Source: Hemiscyllium ocellatum (Eukaryota). Taken from it: 64,000 nucleotides of DNA. Position numbers and translations under genes: made by a program. Positions 11,901 through 25,407 of this stretch are shown here, piece after piece (position 1 is the stretch's first letter; each line of letters begins with the position of its first letter). The stretch spans positions 16,800,303-16,864,302 of the forward strand of contig NC_083409.1 in the NCBI RefSeq assembly GCF_020745735.1, given 5' to 3'. Under the pieces are notes generated by a model that was not told the DNA's origin, searched no databases, and saw only the letters and a program-made list of their open reading frames with translations.

Positions 11901-13263
11901 AGTCCATTCCACATTCCCACCACACATTGAGTGAAAAAGTTCTTCACCAAATCTCATTTGCGGTGTCCATAATGAAATCTTTCAAACCATTCATTTTGTC
12001 TCGTGTCATTTAGCTCTTGAGCTCCTTGTTCAATAAATGTTTATTCTTTTTGATGAAATATGAGTTCTCTGACAGGGACAGTTAACTTTGCCCAATCAGG
12101 GAACCCTGGCTGACAGATAGAAAGGGGCATGTCAGAAGGACTGATACTCTGGGACCTGACTCTGAATAACAACCTGCCAACCAACCCCCTCCTTCTGTCA
12201 CCCTCAATCTCCCCATGCTTACTCTTGTTTCACCTTCGATCCAGCCTGTGCTGCCTTTGGGAGAGGTTGACCTTCCCTCCATCACCCAGGAATGTGGTCA
12301 TCATCCCAGAGCAGTCACACTTTTAACCTGAGGGTCATCACAGCTGGGGCAGGGGGAGAGAAGGTGGCACCTTCATGGTGGTCATACCTGTCATTAATCC
12401 ACCGCAACCTCTCTTGGGGCTGCAAGAATTCAACCTCCCTCCCTCAGACAGCTCCCCTCCCTGGAAGGTAATATTGCTGCACCTTGTTTTGGGTTAATTA
12501 ACCACTGAAATATGACTATGGGGAGCCAGCATTGGCTGGGCAGGCAGCCACGATTGACCCTGGATTCAGAAAGTCCCCTTGTAATTGGGCAACACATTAG
12601 GGAGCACAGTCTAGATTAGAGTAGTGCTGGAAAAGCACAGCAGGTCAGGCAGCATCTGAGGAGCAGGAAAATCGACATTTCTGCATTAGGGAGCACAGTG
12701 CCCACTGCCTCTGAAATCCCTCACTTACTGAGAATACACTCTCAGTATTCACCTTTCTCAGCTGCCATCTGAATTTACAATAAATTCTGTGTCCAATGAT
12801 CCTGCCCCTCCAGCTACCTGATGAAGAAGCTGTGCTCTGAATGCTTCTACTTTCAAATAAACCTGTTTGACTATCACCTGGAGTTGTTGAATTTTTTAAC
12901 TTTGGCCATCTGAGTGAGCTGCCATCTCAGACTGAATCAGCAGACCTGTTTTCCATTCATGATTTGAGAAGATTAAAGCCTAATCTTCAATCCCCAGCAC
13001 AAAGCCCATTCTCAATCCATCGCTTGGAGACACATACCTCAGAGAGACACCTACAGACAGCACAGAGTAACACACTCACTCTGTGAGACAGGTAGCACTG
13101 AGGAACATGATCACACTCCATGCTGCAGACAGGTGTCTCCGAATGTGGGTGCGTTACTGAACGCTGCCTGTAGGTGTCTCTCTGAGTAACAAATCCACAC
13201 TGAGAGAGACCCCTCCAAGCAGCATTAAGTTAAACACTCGCACTCAGAGAGGCACACATTCTC

Positions 13264-13495
13264 GATTAGAGTGGTGCTGGAAAAGCACAGCAGTTCAGGC
13301 AGCATCCGAGGAGCAGGAAAATCGACGTTTCGGGCAAAAGCCCTTCATCAAGAATAGAGATCTATTCCTGATTAAGGGCTTTTGCCCGAAATGTCAATTT
13401 TCCTGTTCCTCAGATGCTGCCTGAACTGCTGTGCTTTTCCAGCACCACTCTAATCTAGAATCAGGTTTCCAGCATCTGCAGTCCTTGTTTTTACC
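13264..13495. mobile_element. Palindromic PLE-end hairpin with two degenerate hammerheads
   Basis: gattagagtggtgctggaaaagcacagcag...ctgctgtgcttttccagcaccactctaatc; the cores read TTGATGA and CTGATTA. Confidence 0.85.
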
Positions 13496-13827
13496 TCAGA
13501 GAGACACAGCTGACAATGTCAGTGATTGGCCGAAGATTGTTTCAGCTGCTACCCAACAGACAGCAGAGATTGCACAGTGCGATCCCATCAGCCGGGCCTG
13601 GACCAACAGAGTGAAAAGGGAATGCATCAGATTGTACTTATTGAGTCCTAACAACTTTCAGTTTCTGTTCTTTTTGGAATCTTGTAACCTGCATAAATTC
13701 CTGACCAAAGGGATCATTTGGAAATGATTAATGATTGATGATTGTAATTGATTGACAGGCCAACCAGCCAATCTTGACAATGGCTGCATTTCAGCAGGTC
13801 AATCAACTGGGGGGCGGGGAAGGTCAT

Positions 13828-14400
13828 CTATTTCCAAAGCACACAGAAACAGAGACTGAATCTTCATCTTTATTCCCTTTTCCATATTCACATTGACAGA
13901 AAAAAAACCTGCAATTAACAGCCCAGACAGAGGAGGCTGTTCAAATTCACAGCCACAATGGAGCTTGAGGAAAACACTTGTGGAGGTTTGCTCAATAACA
14001 TGAGAATCCTGTCCCGTTAAACAGTGACAAAACCTTAAATTGGAACTGGTGGCTGAGCAGGAAGGAGATCTGGTTTACTGAAGCAGAGAATTCTGAGGTT
14101 CACATTGTTTTGTACAGCTGACAGTCTTCAGCAACTTCAAGAGATTTTACTTGGCATCACAAGTCAACTCTGTCCCCATCAAACACTCCCAGAACAGGGA
14201 CAGCATGGGGTTTGGCACAGCGTAAAGCTCCCTCGACACTGTCGCAATGACCTGCTTTTACATCCAAACCTCAGAAGGTTCTCTGAGCAGTCCTGAGAAG
14301 GAAGAGAGTTGAAATTCAGTGCTGACAATGACCTTTGTCCTGCCAGCTCAGCCCTGTTCTATTTAAAGTTGTGTCTCCTCTGTGGACTGTCTCACACTCT
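13828..14400 (-). other. 3' UTR of the light chain C gene with polyadenylation signal AATAAA at 13874-13869
   Basis: First AATAAA noticed downstream of the stop on the sense strand; the signal is conserved in the paralogous UTR at 2949-2954. Confidence 0.7.
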
Positions 14401-14729
14401 CTACACACATTCTGATCTCCTGATGCTCTTGCTGAGGGGAGAGGGGAGGGTCACGTGGGTGAGGGCACAGGAGAAGTGAGCGTTGGACTCCCAGTCAGAC
14501 CCAGAGAGGGTCAGCAGGCTGCTGACACTGTAGGTGCTGTCCGAAGCTCGCAGGTAGTTGCTGGTCTGAACCCCATCCGAAATGACTGCACCGTCCTTCT
14601 TCCACTGCACCTCCAGCTCATCGGGATAGAAATGGTTGGCAAGGCACACCAGGGTGGCAGTGCCCTTGGCATTGACCTGCTCCGGGGAGGGGGGCAGCAG
14701 GGTCAGCTTGGGCTGAGAGTTGTCACGGG
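14401..14729 (-). CDS. IGKC: Immunoglobulin light chain constant exon (kappa-type/type III, NS4-like)
   Basis: Acceptor cctttcag at 14730-14731, phase-1 start, open frame RDNSQPKLTLLPPSPEQVNAKGTATLVCLANHFYPDELEVQWKKDG...FSCALTHVTLPSPLSKSIRRSECV*. C1-set Cys/Trp/Cys and the penultimate Cys for the H-L disulfide are present; TAG at 14403-14401. Confidence 0.97.
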
Positions 14730-17700
14730 CTGAAAGGCAAGAGAAACAGTTTTAATCCCTGCCATTTGAAGGGAATTCAACCCTCACAATATTCACTGGC
14801 AATACAATCTTTTTGAACATTTGTAGTCAACAAAAGAACAGACACTTTTCAAATTGCTTCTTGGGATCTGAGTGTCACTGGCAGGGCCAGCATTCATTAC
14901 CGTCCCTAGTTGCCCCTGAGAAGGTGATGGTGAAGCAGCAGAGAGAGAAGGGACAGTTTTGGACCATCGGTTATGGAATGAATGTGGGCATCTGGAAGGG
15001 CTATCAATGTGGGAGCATTTTAGTGACAGTGATCAGAACTCAGTGAGATTGAGAGTAGGGATGGAAATGGAGAACCATGGAGCAAGTGTAAAAGTTTTCA
15101 TTTTATGAAACTGTGCGGTGCTTTGGTAAAAGTGGATCGGAACCAATGGCATGATGGGAAATCAGTGTCAGGGCAGTGGGAGCCCTCGAAGGATGAGACA
15201 GACTGTTCAGAATCTGTTCCCACAATGAGTAAGGGTGGGACTTCCAGATCTAGACCAAATGAACAAGAGGATTGGGGTTCATGTACAGACTTGGATTGGG
15301 AACTGGTTGGCAGGCAGCACAGAAAGAATGAGTCTTTTTCTGAATGGCAGGTAATTACAACTTAGGGTGCCACAGGGGTCAGCCCTTGGTACCCAGTTAT
15401 TCATAATATATCACAATAGAGTCATAGGGACCCAAAAGGCCCATCAGCCCATTGTGTCCATACTGGTCAAAAAATAACAACCCAATAATTGTCATCCATT
15501 TTTCCAGCAAAAGGGAATTAGATGCAATGTGTATTTATGAAGGAATTAGATATACTTAGGATTAAAGGGATCAAAGAATGTGGGGAGAAAGTAGGAACAG
15601 GGATCTGTGTTGGATGATCAGCCATGATCATACTGAATAGTGGAGCAGGCTTGAAGGGCCGAATGGCCTACTGCTGCTCCTGTGTTTGATGTTTCTATCT
15701 GTTTCTCAGATAATGAAGGAATGTCTCTCATCATGTTGAAGCTGGAAGTCAGATGTGTGTGGAGCTGGAAGATGTGGCCATGGTGATTAATGAATGCAGG
15801 TCAGCGAGGTGGTTCCAGAAGACACATGGGAGAAACTGTTTTTCTTCTTCCCTTGATGGAATGAGGGCATTGCTGGATCGGCAGCATTTATTGCCCATCC
15901 CTAATCACCCAAAGGGCAGTTTAGAGTCACCCACATTGCTGTGGGTCTGGGGTCACATGGTAAGGATGGCAGTTTCCTTCCCTAAATGACATAAGGAAAT
16001 CAGATGCTTTTTCATGACAATCAACGATGGTTTCATGGTCATCATTAGGCTCTTAATTGCAGATGTTTTTTGATTGAATTTGAATGCCACCATCTGCTGG
16101 ATTCTAACCCTGGTCCCCAGAACATTACCTGGATCTCTGGATTAACAGCTCAGCAATAACACCATTAGACCATCACCTCCCTTATCTCATTTTTGGTTGA
16201 CTGTGAAAGCAAAGAGTTTGTTTATTCTGGAACTGTATGAAACCCCAGTTAGAGCACAGTGAGAGACCTGTGTATGGTTCTGGTCACCACATTACAGGAA
16301 GGATGTGATCTCTCGAGAGACCAGGACAGAGGAAGAGTTTGTCTGGAATGGGGACTTTGAGCTTTAAGGAATGGTTGGATTGGTTGGGAATGTTTTCGTT
16401 GGAACAGAGGAGGCTGAGGGGAGATTTGATGGTGGTGTGTAAAATGATGAGGGGCCTGGACAGAGTGGGTAGGAAGGACTGATTTCCACCAGCACAGAGG
16501 GCAATAACCATGGGGAGAGATTGAAATCAGTTGGGGGCAGGATTATAGGGGAGTTGAAGGTATTTGTTTTCAGCCATAGGTTGGTGGGATGTGGGACTCA
16601 CTGTCTGAAAGGGTGGGAGAGGCCGAAACCCTCATCATATTGAAAAAAACACTTGGATATTCACTTCAAACAGCAAAACCTCCAGAGCTATGGAGCAAGA
16701 GCTGGAAAGTGGGATGGAGCTCGATATCTCTTTAACAAACCTCCGATCACCCACAGATCAGGAGAACTTTATCCAAGAACATTGGAGCAGACTCGAATCC
16801 ACACACTTCATGAAAGAGTCACATTGTGTGTCTGTGTAGAAGATTCTAGATTATATTTCAAACCTTGCTGCACACTATTGGGCTGAGCTCAAGGGTGAGG
16901 CTGCAAAGAGTCTCAGTGTCCTAGGGTCAGACAGGGTCACTGCTCCTAATGACCCCATGACTCCTGGAAAGTGAGAGTGCGCAGACAATGGATGAGGATC
17001 CAGATCAGGAGACTCCAACCCTTAAAGAAAGACTTGCATTTGTGTACCACCTTTCCCCAACTCAGGATGTCCCACTGGATCTTTCCAGCAGACTGTGCAC
17101 AGCGAGATCCCAAACCCCATGTGATAATTAGCAGAGAAATACATTTTGAGTGATTTTGACTGGGGAATAAATATTGACCAGGGACACCAGGGGGAAATTA
17201 CCTGCTGTTCATCCAATAGTGCCATGGAATGGCATCTTTCACAACTGAAAGACTCTCAGTTCATCGAAAACATGAAGAATAGTTCCTTGAAGATGAAGTT
17301 GCAGGAAGGTAGGGGAGTGACAAAGTCATTTGGTTTGCTTTCCTTTAATGGGCACTGCATTGGGTATTGGAGTTGGGAGCTGTTGCGGCTGTACAGGGCG
17401 TTGGTTAGGGCACTTGTGGAATACTGTGTGTAATTCAGTTCTCCTTGCTGTAGGAAAAATGTTGTGAACCTTAAAATGATCCAGAAAAAATTTACAAGGA
17501 TGTTGCCGAGGTTGGAGGGTTTGCGTGAAAGGGAGAGGCTGAATATGCTGGGGCTGTTTTCCCTGGATCATTGCAGGTTGATGGGTGACCGTACCAGGTT
17601 TATAAAATCATGAGCAGCATAGATAAGGTGACTAGAGAAGATCTTTACTCCAGAGCAGGGGAGTCCAGAACTGGAGGGCATAGGCTGAAGGTGACAGGGG

Positions 17701-18189
17701 AAAGATTTAAAAGGGACCTAAGGGACAACGTTTTCATTCAGAGGGTGTTAAATGTATGGAATGAGCTACCAGAGGAGGTGGTGAAGGCTGGTACAATTAC
17801 ACCATTTAAAATGCATGGATATGTAAATTGGAAGATGTTAGAGGGATATGGGCCAAATGCTGCCAATGGGACTAGATTAATTTCGGATATCTGATCAGCA
17901 TGGACGAGTTGGACCAAAGGGTCTGTTTCTGTGCTGTCCATCCCTCTGACTCTAATTGTATTTCAATCCAGCCCTTAACACTTCAGGCTCTCCCAAAGAC
18001 ATTTACAGACAGTTTTGTTTGACAAGCAGTCACTGTTGCAATGTCAGTAACGTGGCAGCCAGTTTCTGCACAGCAAGATCCCACTAGAAACAATGAGATC
18101 AAAGAGTAATAATGATGTTGGCTCAACGATAAATATTGGCCTGAACTCAACCCAAAGAGAAAGGAATTTGGTTCAGTTGGATGGAAAAT

Positions 18190-21100
18190 GAGAAAATGGA
18201 AGGTAAAGGAGAAGGTAGGATTGCCGGTTAGTGATGGGATTGATTGTTACCAAAAAATAAAAGAAAGGGATGGAAGTTTTGAACATCAAAGGAACCATGA
18301 AAGTGCAGGGAAAATCAATAATAGTACAAACTTACAGAGGTTGTATCTAAATGCACAAAGCATTCCGAGTAAGGGAGTAATAGTGATGCCACACATTGAG
18401 GTAAATTGAGTTTCTAAGGAATTTAAACTAGTTAAAGTGGAGGAGGGCTCAGGAAAGGTTATTCAAGTTTCTAGAAGATGTAAAAGGACAGTGAGTACAG
18501 AAAGGATCAGGAATCGAACATAAAGCACAGCAGATAAGGGGACAATGATGAGAAGGAGGGCAGTCAATGCAGGACTGAGGGTGTTGTACTTAAATGCACA
18601 CAGTATACACAATGAGATTGTAGTGCAGATTGAAACTGGCAGGTACGGTGTTATGGGTATCACAGAGACATGGCTGTAAGGGGATCCAGGCTGGGAACTA
18701 AATATTCAAGGATACATGTCCCATCAAAAGGACAGGCAGATGGGCAGAGGGACAAGTGTTGCCTTGTTAGTGAGAAATGAAATTAAATCTATGGCAAGAA
18801 GTGATGGAGAGTCAGAAGGTGTAGAATCTGTGTGGGTAGAGTTGAGGAACTGCAATAAACAAAGAATCTGATGCAAGTTATGTCCAGGTCTCCAAGCAGT
18901 AATCAGGGTGTGGGGAAGGAAATCAATCAGGAGACAGAAAAGTCATACACAAAGTATCAGGGCAGACCTCAATGGATAGGTGGACTGCGTAGCGCGGCTC
19001 AAGGAAAGGATTTCGCGGAATGTCGACGAGATGGATTTTGGAGCAGCTTGTGGTTGAGCCATGATGGAACAGGCAGGTCTGGATTCAGTGATGTGTAACG
19101 AGGAAAACTTGATTAGTGAGTTTAAGGTGAAAGTATCCCAATGGATACATGACAATAATACGATAGAATTCCCCTGTAGTTTGAGAGAGAAGCTGCAATC
19201 AGATTGAACAGTATTTCAGTTGAGTAAAGGTAACTCCAAAGACATGAGGAAGGAGCTGGCCAGAGTTGGTTGGAAGGGGAGCCGAGCAGGTAAGATGGTG
19301 GGGCAGCAAACAGCAGAGTTTCTGGGGGTAATTCAGGAAGCAGAGCAGGAATTCATCCCAAAAAAGAAGAAACATACTCAGGGGAGAACAAGGCAACCAT
19401 GGCTGGTGAGGGAGGTCAAGGACAGCAGAAAAGCAAAAGAAAAAGCACACAATGTGGTGGAGAATAGTGGGAAGCCAGAGGATTAGGAAGCCTTTAAAAA
19501 CCTGCAGGGGATAACTGAAAAAGCATTAAGGGTGGAGAATGTGAAATGTGGGAGTTATCTAGCCAGTAATATAAAAGAAGATTGCAGGAGTTTTATCAGG
19601 TGTATAAAAAGGAAGAGGGAGTCAAAAATAGACTATGGATCACTGGAAAATGAGGCTGGAGAAAGAATAACAGGAAATGAAGGAATAGCAGAGGAATTGA
19701 ATAGATACTTTGCATCAGTCTGCACCATGGAAAACACCAGCAGTGTACCAGTAATTCAAGACTGTCAGGGGTCGGAGGGGAGTGCAGTGGCCATCACTAA
19801 GGAGGAGGTACTGGGGAAGCTGGAAGGTCTGAATGTGGATAACGCACCCAGACTGGACGAACTACACCCATGTGTTATGAAGGAGATCACTGAGGAGATT
19901 GTGGAGGCATTGGTGATGATCTTTCAGGAATCAATGGAGTCAGGGTGTGGAGGAGGGGTGGGGACGGAATTGGTGGGGGCAAGGGACAGGAAAATGGCTC
20001 ACATACCACCCCTGTTTAAGAAGGGAGGGAGGTGGAAGATGGGACATGATAGGCCAGTTAGCCAGGACTCAGATGTTGGTAAGGTTTTAGACTTCAATTT
20101 AATGATGAAATTGCAGAGGATTGGAAGTGCAATGGCTTCATCAAGGAGACGTCATGCCTGGCAAATCTGTTAGAATTCTTTGAGGAGGCAATGAGCCAGT
20201 CAGACAAAGGAGAGTCCGAGGAAGTAATCTATTTGGATTTTCAGAAGGCATTTGACATAAGATAAGCGCCCACAGTGTTAGGGGCAATGTACTGACATGG
20301 ACTGAGGACTGGCAGGTTGGCATAAAGCAGAGCGTGAGGAAGAATGGCCGCTGGTGACGAGTAGAGTTCTGCAGGTGTCAATGTTAGGACCATAACTATT
20401 CACGTTATACATTAACAATCTGGATGAAGTAAATGAAGACATTGTTGCTCGTGACATGAGGTAGGTGGAGGGACAGGTAGTGTTGAGGAAGTGGGAAGGC
20501 TGTAAAAGCTCCTCGATAGGCTCAGAGAGTGGGCAAAGAAGTGGCAGATAGAATATAATGTGTGACAGTGTGAGGGTGTGCACTTTGGGAGGAAGAAGAG
20601 ATGCAAAGATGGTTTGCTAAATGAGGAAAGCCTTTGGAAATCTAAAGCACAAACCACATTCAGGTTTCTCTTCAGGTTAACAGGCAGGTCCAGTTTGTGC
20701 TTGGGAAGGCAAATGAAATAATAGCATTCATTTCAATAGGGCCAGGATACAAGAGCAGAGATGTACTGCTGAGGCTGTGTAAGAGTCTCATCAGACTGAA
20801 TTTGGAATATTGTGAGCAGATTTGGGACCCCTATTCTAAGAAACAATGTGCTGGCATTGGAGGGGTTTACAAGAATGATCCTGGGAATGAAAGCCTTGTC
20901 ATATGAGGCGTGCTTGAGGACTCTGGGTCTGTACTCGATGGAGTTTAGAAGGATGAGAAGGGATCTTATTGAAATTTACAGAATACTGATAGGCCTGGAT
21001 AGAGTGGATGGGGAGAAGATTTTTCCATAATCAGGAGAGACTCAGTAACCAAGGCACAGCCTCAGAATGAAGGGCCGACCCTTTCGAGCTGAGATGAGGA

Positions 21101-21310
21101 CTTTCTTCAGCCAGAGGGTGGTGAATCTGTGGAACTCACAGCGACAGAGGGCAGGGGAGGCCAAGTCACTGAGTGTATTTAAGACAGAGATAGATAGGTT
21201 TGTGATTGTAAAGGGGATTGAACGCAGAAGAATGGGGGTGAGAAGCATATCTGCCAAGATCAAATGGCAGAGCAGATTCAATGGGCTGAATGGCTGATTT
21301 CTGCTCCTAT
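18190..21310 (+). mobile_element. CR1-clade LINE(s), decayed endonuclease and RT
   Basis: APE start LYLNA.SI, ITETWL; RT-region ORF 19532-20173 (PLFKKGGR...RPVS); CR1 3' tail; many stops and frameshifts. Confidence 0.88.
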
Positions 21311-21439
21311 TTCTTAAAGACTTCTGGTGAGTTTCCCCAAAACCCTGGAACACTGAACCCACTGGACTGTGAGCCCTGCTGGAGCTGTTTGTCATCAGAA
21401 CTTTGCCAAGAGATAACCAAAGAGTGGAGAGAGAATGCA

Positions 21440-24400
21440 TCCATGTGGGAATTTCAGAATGCTTCCTAGCTCCTGGAATACCATGAGTACAGGAAGTGTG
21501 GTCATTGACAGCAGTTGAAGCTCCGGATTTCGGAGCTTGAGCAGCAGCTGGTGTCAGTGCGGACCGTCCGTGAGGCTGAGAGCTCCATGGAGAACACGTT
21601 TCTAGATGTGGTCACTCCGCAGCTTCAGAATATGCAGGGAGTGAGGGAATGGGGGAGCAGCAGACAGTCCAAAAGGACCAGGCAGCTAGTAGAGGAATCC
21701 CCTGAATGCATCCCACTCTCCAACCAGGATTCAGTTTGGAATCCTGATGAGAATGATGGTTCATCTGGGGAGTGCATCCAGAGCCAAGTCCATGGCACCA
21801 CTGGTGACTCAGCTATATTGTTGGGGGGGTGGTGGTGGAGTGGGGGGGAGGGGGGTTAGTGTAAGGAAGACTGATCGTGAAAGGAGATTTGAGAGTGAGG
21901 GCATCGATAGGTGTTTCTGCAGCTGCAGATGGGAATCCAGGATGGCGTGTTGTCTCCCTGGTGCCAGGGTGAAGAATGTCACTAAGCGACTGCAAAGCAC
22001 CCTGAGGGGAGAGGGGAACAGGCAGCAGTTTTGGTCCACATCGGTCCCAGTGACAGAGGGAGAAAAGGATGTAGTCCTGCAATTAGAATTTAGGGGGCGC
22101 TGGAGAGAATTAACATCAGGAACTCAAAGGTAGAAATCTTCAGATTACTCCCAGTGCCCCAGGCAAGTGACAAGAGGAGCAGGAGGATAACACAAGTGTC
22201 TGTGGGGCTGGAAAGAGGATCCAGGAGGGAGGGTTTTAGATTCTTGTGACATTGGGACTGGGTCTGGGTGAGATGGGACCTGGATAGACCAGACAGCGCT
22301 GCTCCTGAACAGAGCTGGCACTGAGCTCCTTTGAGGTGATCTACTCGTGCTGTTGGAGAGGGTTTAAACTAACTTGGCAGAGCTGTGGGAGTCAGGAGGA
22401 ACTGTCAGAGAGGAACACCAATGTCCACAGAATCATTAGTGCAGTCAATAAGTTACCACCCAGTGGGATGGATTTAGAGGACTACATTTGCAAGGAATTT
22501 ACAGAGACCTGCAAATATAATAGTCATTATTTTTTTTTGGGGGGGGAGCGTGGAATGTCTTTAATTTCTGAATATAGACTGGGGTAGTAGCAGTGTGAAG
22601 GACAGAGGGGCCAGAGTCGTGAGAGTGTGTCCATGTGAATTTTCTCCAGCCGCAGGTTTCCAGTCCAATGAGAAAGGAGGCTCTGCGAGATCTGGATCTT
22701 GGGAATGAGGAGGACCAAGTGGATCAAGTGTCAGTGAGAGGACACTTAAGGAAGAGTGATCATTTTATCACAAAGTTGAGGGTGATGGTAAAAAAGAACA
22801 AAGGCCTTTTCAGGGTCAAACATCTTCACTGGGGAAATGCCAGCTTCTATAGGATATGGATGTATTGGATCTGAATAAAGTGGGATCAAAGGTTGGCAGG
22901 AAAGTCCTGAAAAGAATAGTAGAGGATGTGGACCAGGTATAGTCGAGATACATTTGAAGGAGGGCAAACAATTCCTGAACTTACTCAAGGGCAAAAGTGG
23001 TAGAATTATGGTAAATAAGAAAAGGGCAAAAGAGTAACTAGAGAGAGAATAGGGCCCCATGAAGATGAACAATGTACCTCTGGGTGGGTCCACAGGAAAT
23101 GGTTTAGGTCTTAAATGAATATTCCAGGTCAGTATTTATCATGGAGAAAGACATGGAAATTTGGGAACTTTGGAAGTAAATAGTAATGTCTTGACACAAG
23201 TCCACATTACAGAAGAGGATTTCTTAAAGTGCAAGACGGTAGATAAATCTCCAAGACCTGATCAGGTGTATCCCAGGACATTGTCGAAAGCTAGGAAAGA
23301 GATTGCTGGACCCCTTGCTGAGGTATGTTTCTGATTGACAGCCATGAGTGAGGTTCTGGAGAACCAGAGAGGTTGGCTAATGTTAGCCATTGTTTAAGGA
23401 AAAGCCAGGGAACTATAAACCAGTGAGCCTGATGTCATTGCTGGGTAAGTTATTGGAGTGAATTCTGAGGGACAGGATTTACATGCATTTGGACAATCAA
23501 TGCAGTTTTGTGCATGGTAATCGTGTCTCACTAACATGATTAAGGTTGTTTGAAGAGAAGATTGATGTAGGCAGAATAGTAGACACTGTCTATATGGACT
23601 TCAGCAAAGCATTTGACAAGGTTCCACATGATAGACTGATTAGTAAGGTTAGGCCACATGGGATCCAGGGGGAGCTAGCCATTTGGGTAAAAAAATGACT
23701 TCAAGATAGGAGTCAGAGAGTGGTGGTAAGGGGTTGCTTTTCAGATTGGAGATCAGATGTCAGCTGTGTGCCACAAGGATTGGTGCTGGGTCCATGGCTT
23801 TTCATCATTTAAATAAATGATTTGGATGTGAATATAGGAATTATGGCGAGTTTGTAAATGACACCAAAATTGATGGTACAGTGGATAGTGAAGAAGCTTA
23901 TCTGAGAGTACAGTGGGACCTTGATCATTTGGGGAAATGGGCAGAGGTGTGGCAAATGGACAAAAGTGCAGACTGTAGATGCTGGAAATCAGAGTTTAGA
24001 TCAGAATGGTGCTGGAAAAGCACAGCATGTCAGGCAGCATCCGAGGAGCAGAAAAATCGACTTTTCGGCTAGAGGAATCCAGATAAAGGGCTTTTGCCTG
24101 AAACGGCAATTTTCCTGCTCCTCGGAAATTGCCTGACCTGCTGTGCTTTTCCAGCACCGCTCTGATCTAAATGTGTGACAAATGGAGTTCAATTTAGATA
24201 AATGTGAGATGTTGCATTTTGGAAAATCAAACCAGGGCAGGACTTGTACTGTTAATGGTGGGGCCCTGTGGGGTGTTGCTCAACAAAGTGACCTCAGGGT
24301 GCAGGGGCAGGGGCAGGGGCAGGGGCATTATTCCTTGACAGTGGAGTCACAGGGAGACAGGGAGATGAAGAAGGTGTTGGGTATACTTGCCTTTATTGAT

Positions 24401-25140
24401 CACTGCACTAAGTATCAGAGTTGGGACATCATTTGCAGCTGTACAGGAAATTTGGGAATAATGTGAACAATTCTGATCATCCTGTGATAGGAAGGATGCT
24501 GTTAAACTTAAAATTCTTCAGAAAAGATTTACATGGATGTTGCCTGGAACTGGAGGGTTTGAACTGTCGGAAGATTATTTTTCCTGCAGGATCGGAGACT
24601 GAGGGGTGGCCGTATAGATGTTTATAAAACCATGACAGGCATGGACAGGGTGTATATCCCAGGTCTTTGCCTTGGGAAAGGGAATCTAAAACTCGAGGGT
24701 ACAGGTTTAAGATGGGAGGCAAAAGATGCAAAAGGGACCTGAGGGGTAACTTGTCACACAGAGGGTGGTGCGTGTACGGATCGAGCTGTCAGAGAAAGTG
24801 TTGGAGACGGATACAATTATAGCATTTAAAAGATGTTTGGATGGGTACATGAATAGGAAGGGTTTAGAGGAATGTGGGTTAAATGCTGGCAAATGGGATG
24901 AGGTCAGTTTTGGATATCTAGTTAGCATGGAGAAGTTAGACTGAAAGATCTGTTTCCACGCTGTATGACTCCGTGACCATTAGAGGCTGGAAAAGCTGAG
25001 ATCTTTTACCCTGAAGTGCTGGAGGCTGAGGAGTGACCTTATAGAGGTTTATAAAATCATGAGGGACATAAATAATGTGAATAATGCAGGAAGGAGGTGA
25101 ATGTTTTGTAGAGCTGGCAAACTTATGCACAAAGATCATT
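21440..25140 (+). mobile_element. CR1-clade LINE with ORF1 (coiled coil plus esterase-like CCLPGARV motif) and decayed ORF2
   Basis: LRISELEQQL, RMACCLPGARVKNV, QWDLDHLGKWAEVWQMEFN. Mirrored at 59900-63420. Confidence 0.85.
23961..24178. mobile_element. Palindromic PLE-end hairpin inserted in a CR1
   Basis: TSD CAAATGGA at 23953-23960 and 24179-24186; absent at the paralogous site near 60800. Confidence 0.88.
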
Positions 25141-25205
25141 CCAGGGATGAGGAATATCAGTTATGAAGATAGATTGGAGAATTTGGGACTGCCTTCTTTG
25201 GAGAA

Positions 25206-25407
25206 AGTTACAGATCACACAACATCAGGTTATAGTCCAACAGGTTAATGTGGAAGCACTAGCTTTTGGAGCACCGCTGACAACCATTTGATGAAGGAGG
25301 GGCGCTCCGAAAGCTAGTGCTTCCAAATAAACCCTCTGTTGGACTATAACCTGGTGTTGTGTGATTTTTAATTTTGTCCACCCCAGTCCAACCCCCGCAC
25401 CTTCAAG
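25206..25407. mobile_element. Palindromic PLE-end hairpin, second family
   Basis: TSD TCTTTGGAGAA at 25195-25205 and 25408-25418; core-like TTGATGAAGGAG..GCTCCGAAAGCTAG; absent at the paralogous site near 59775. Confidence 0.82.

Noticed and set aside
14455-14733. Plus-strand 92-aa ORF
   Set aside because: Antisense shadow of the C exon.
24301-24326. (GGGGCA)n G-quadruplex-like run
   Set aside because: Short slippage expansion inside a decayed CR1; absent from the paralogous arm, with no sign of function.
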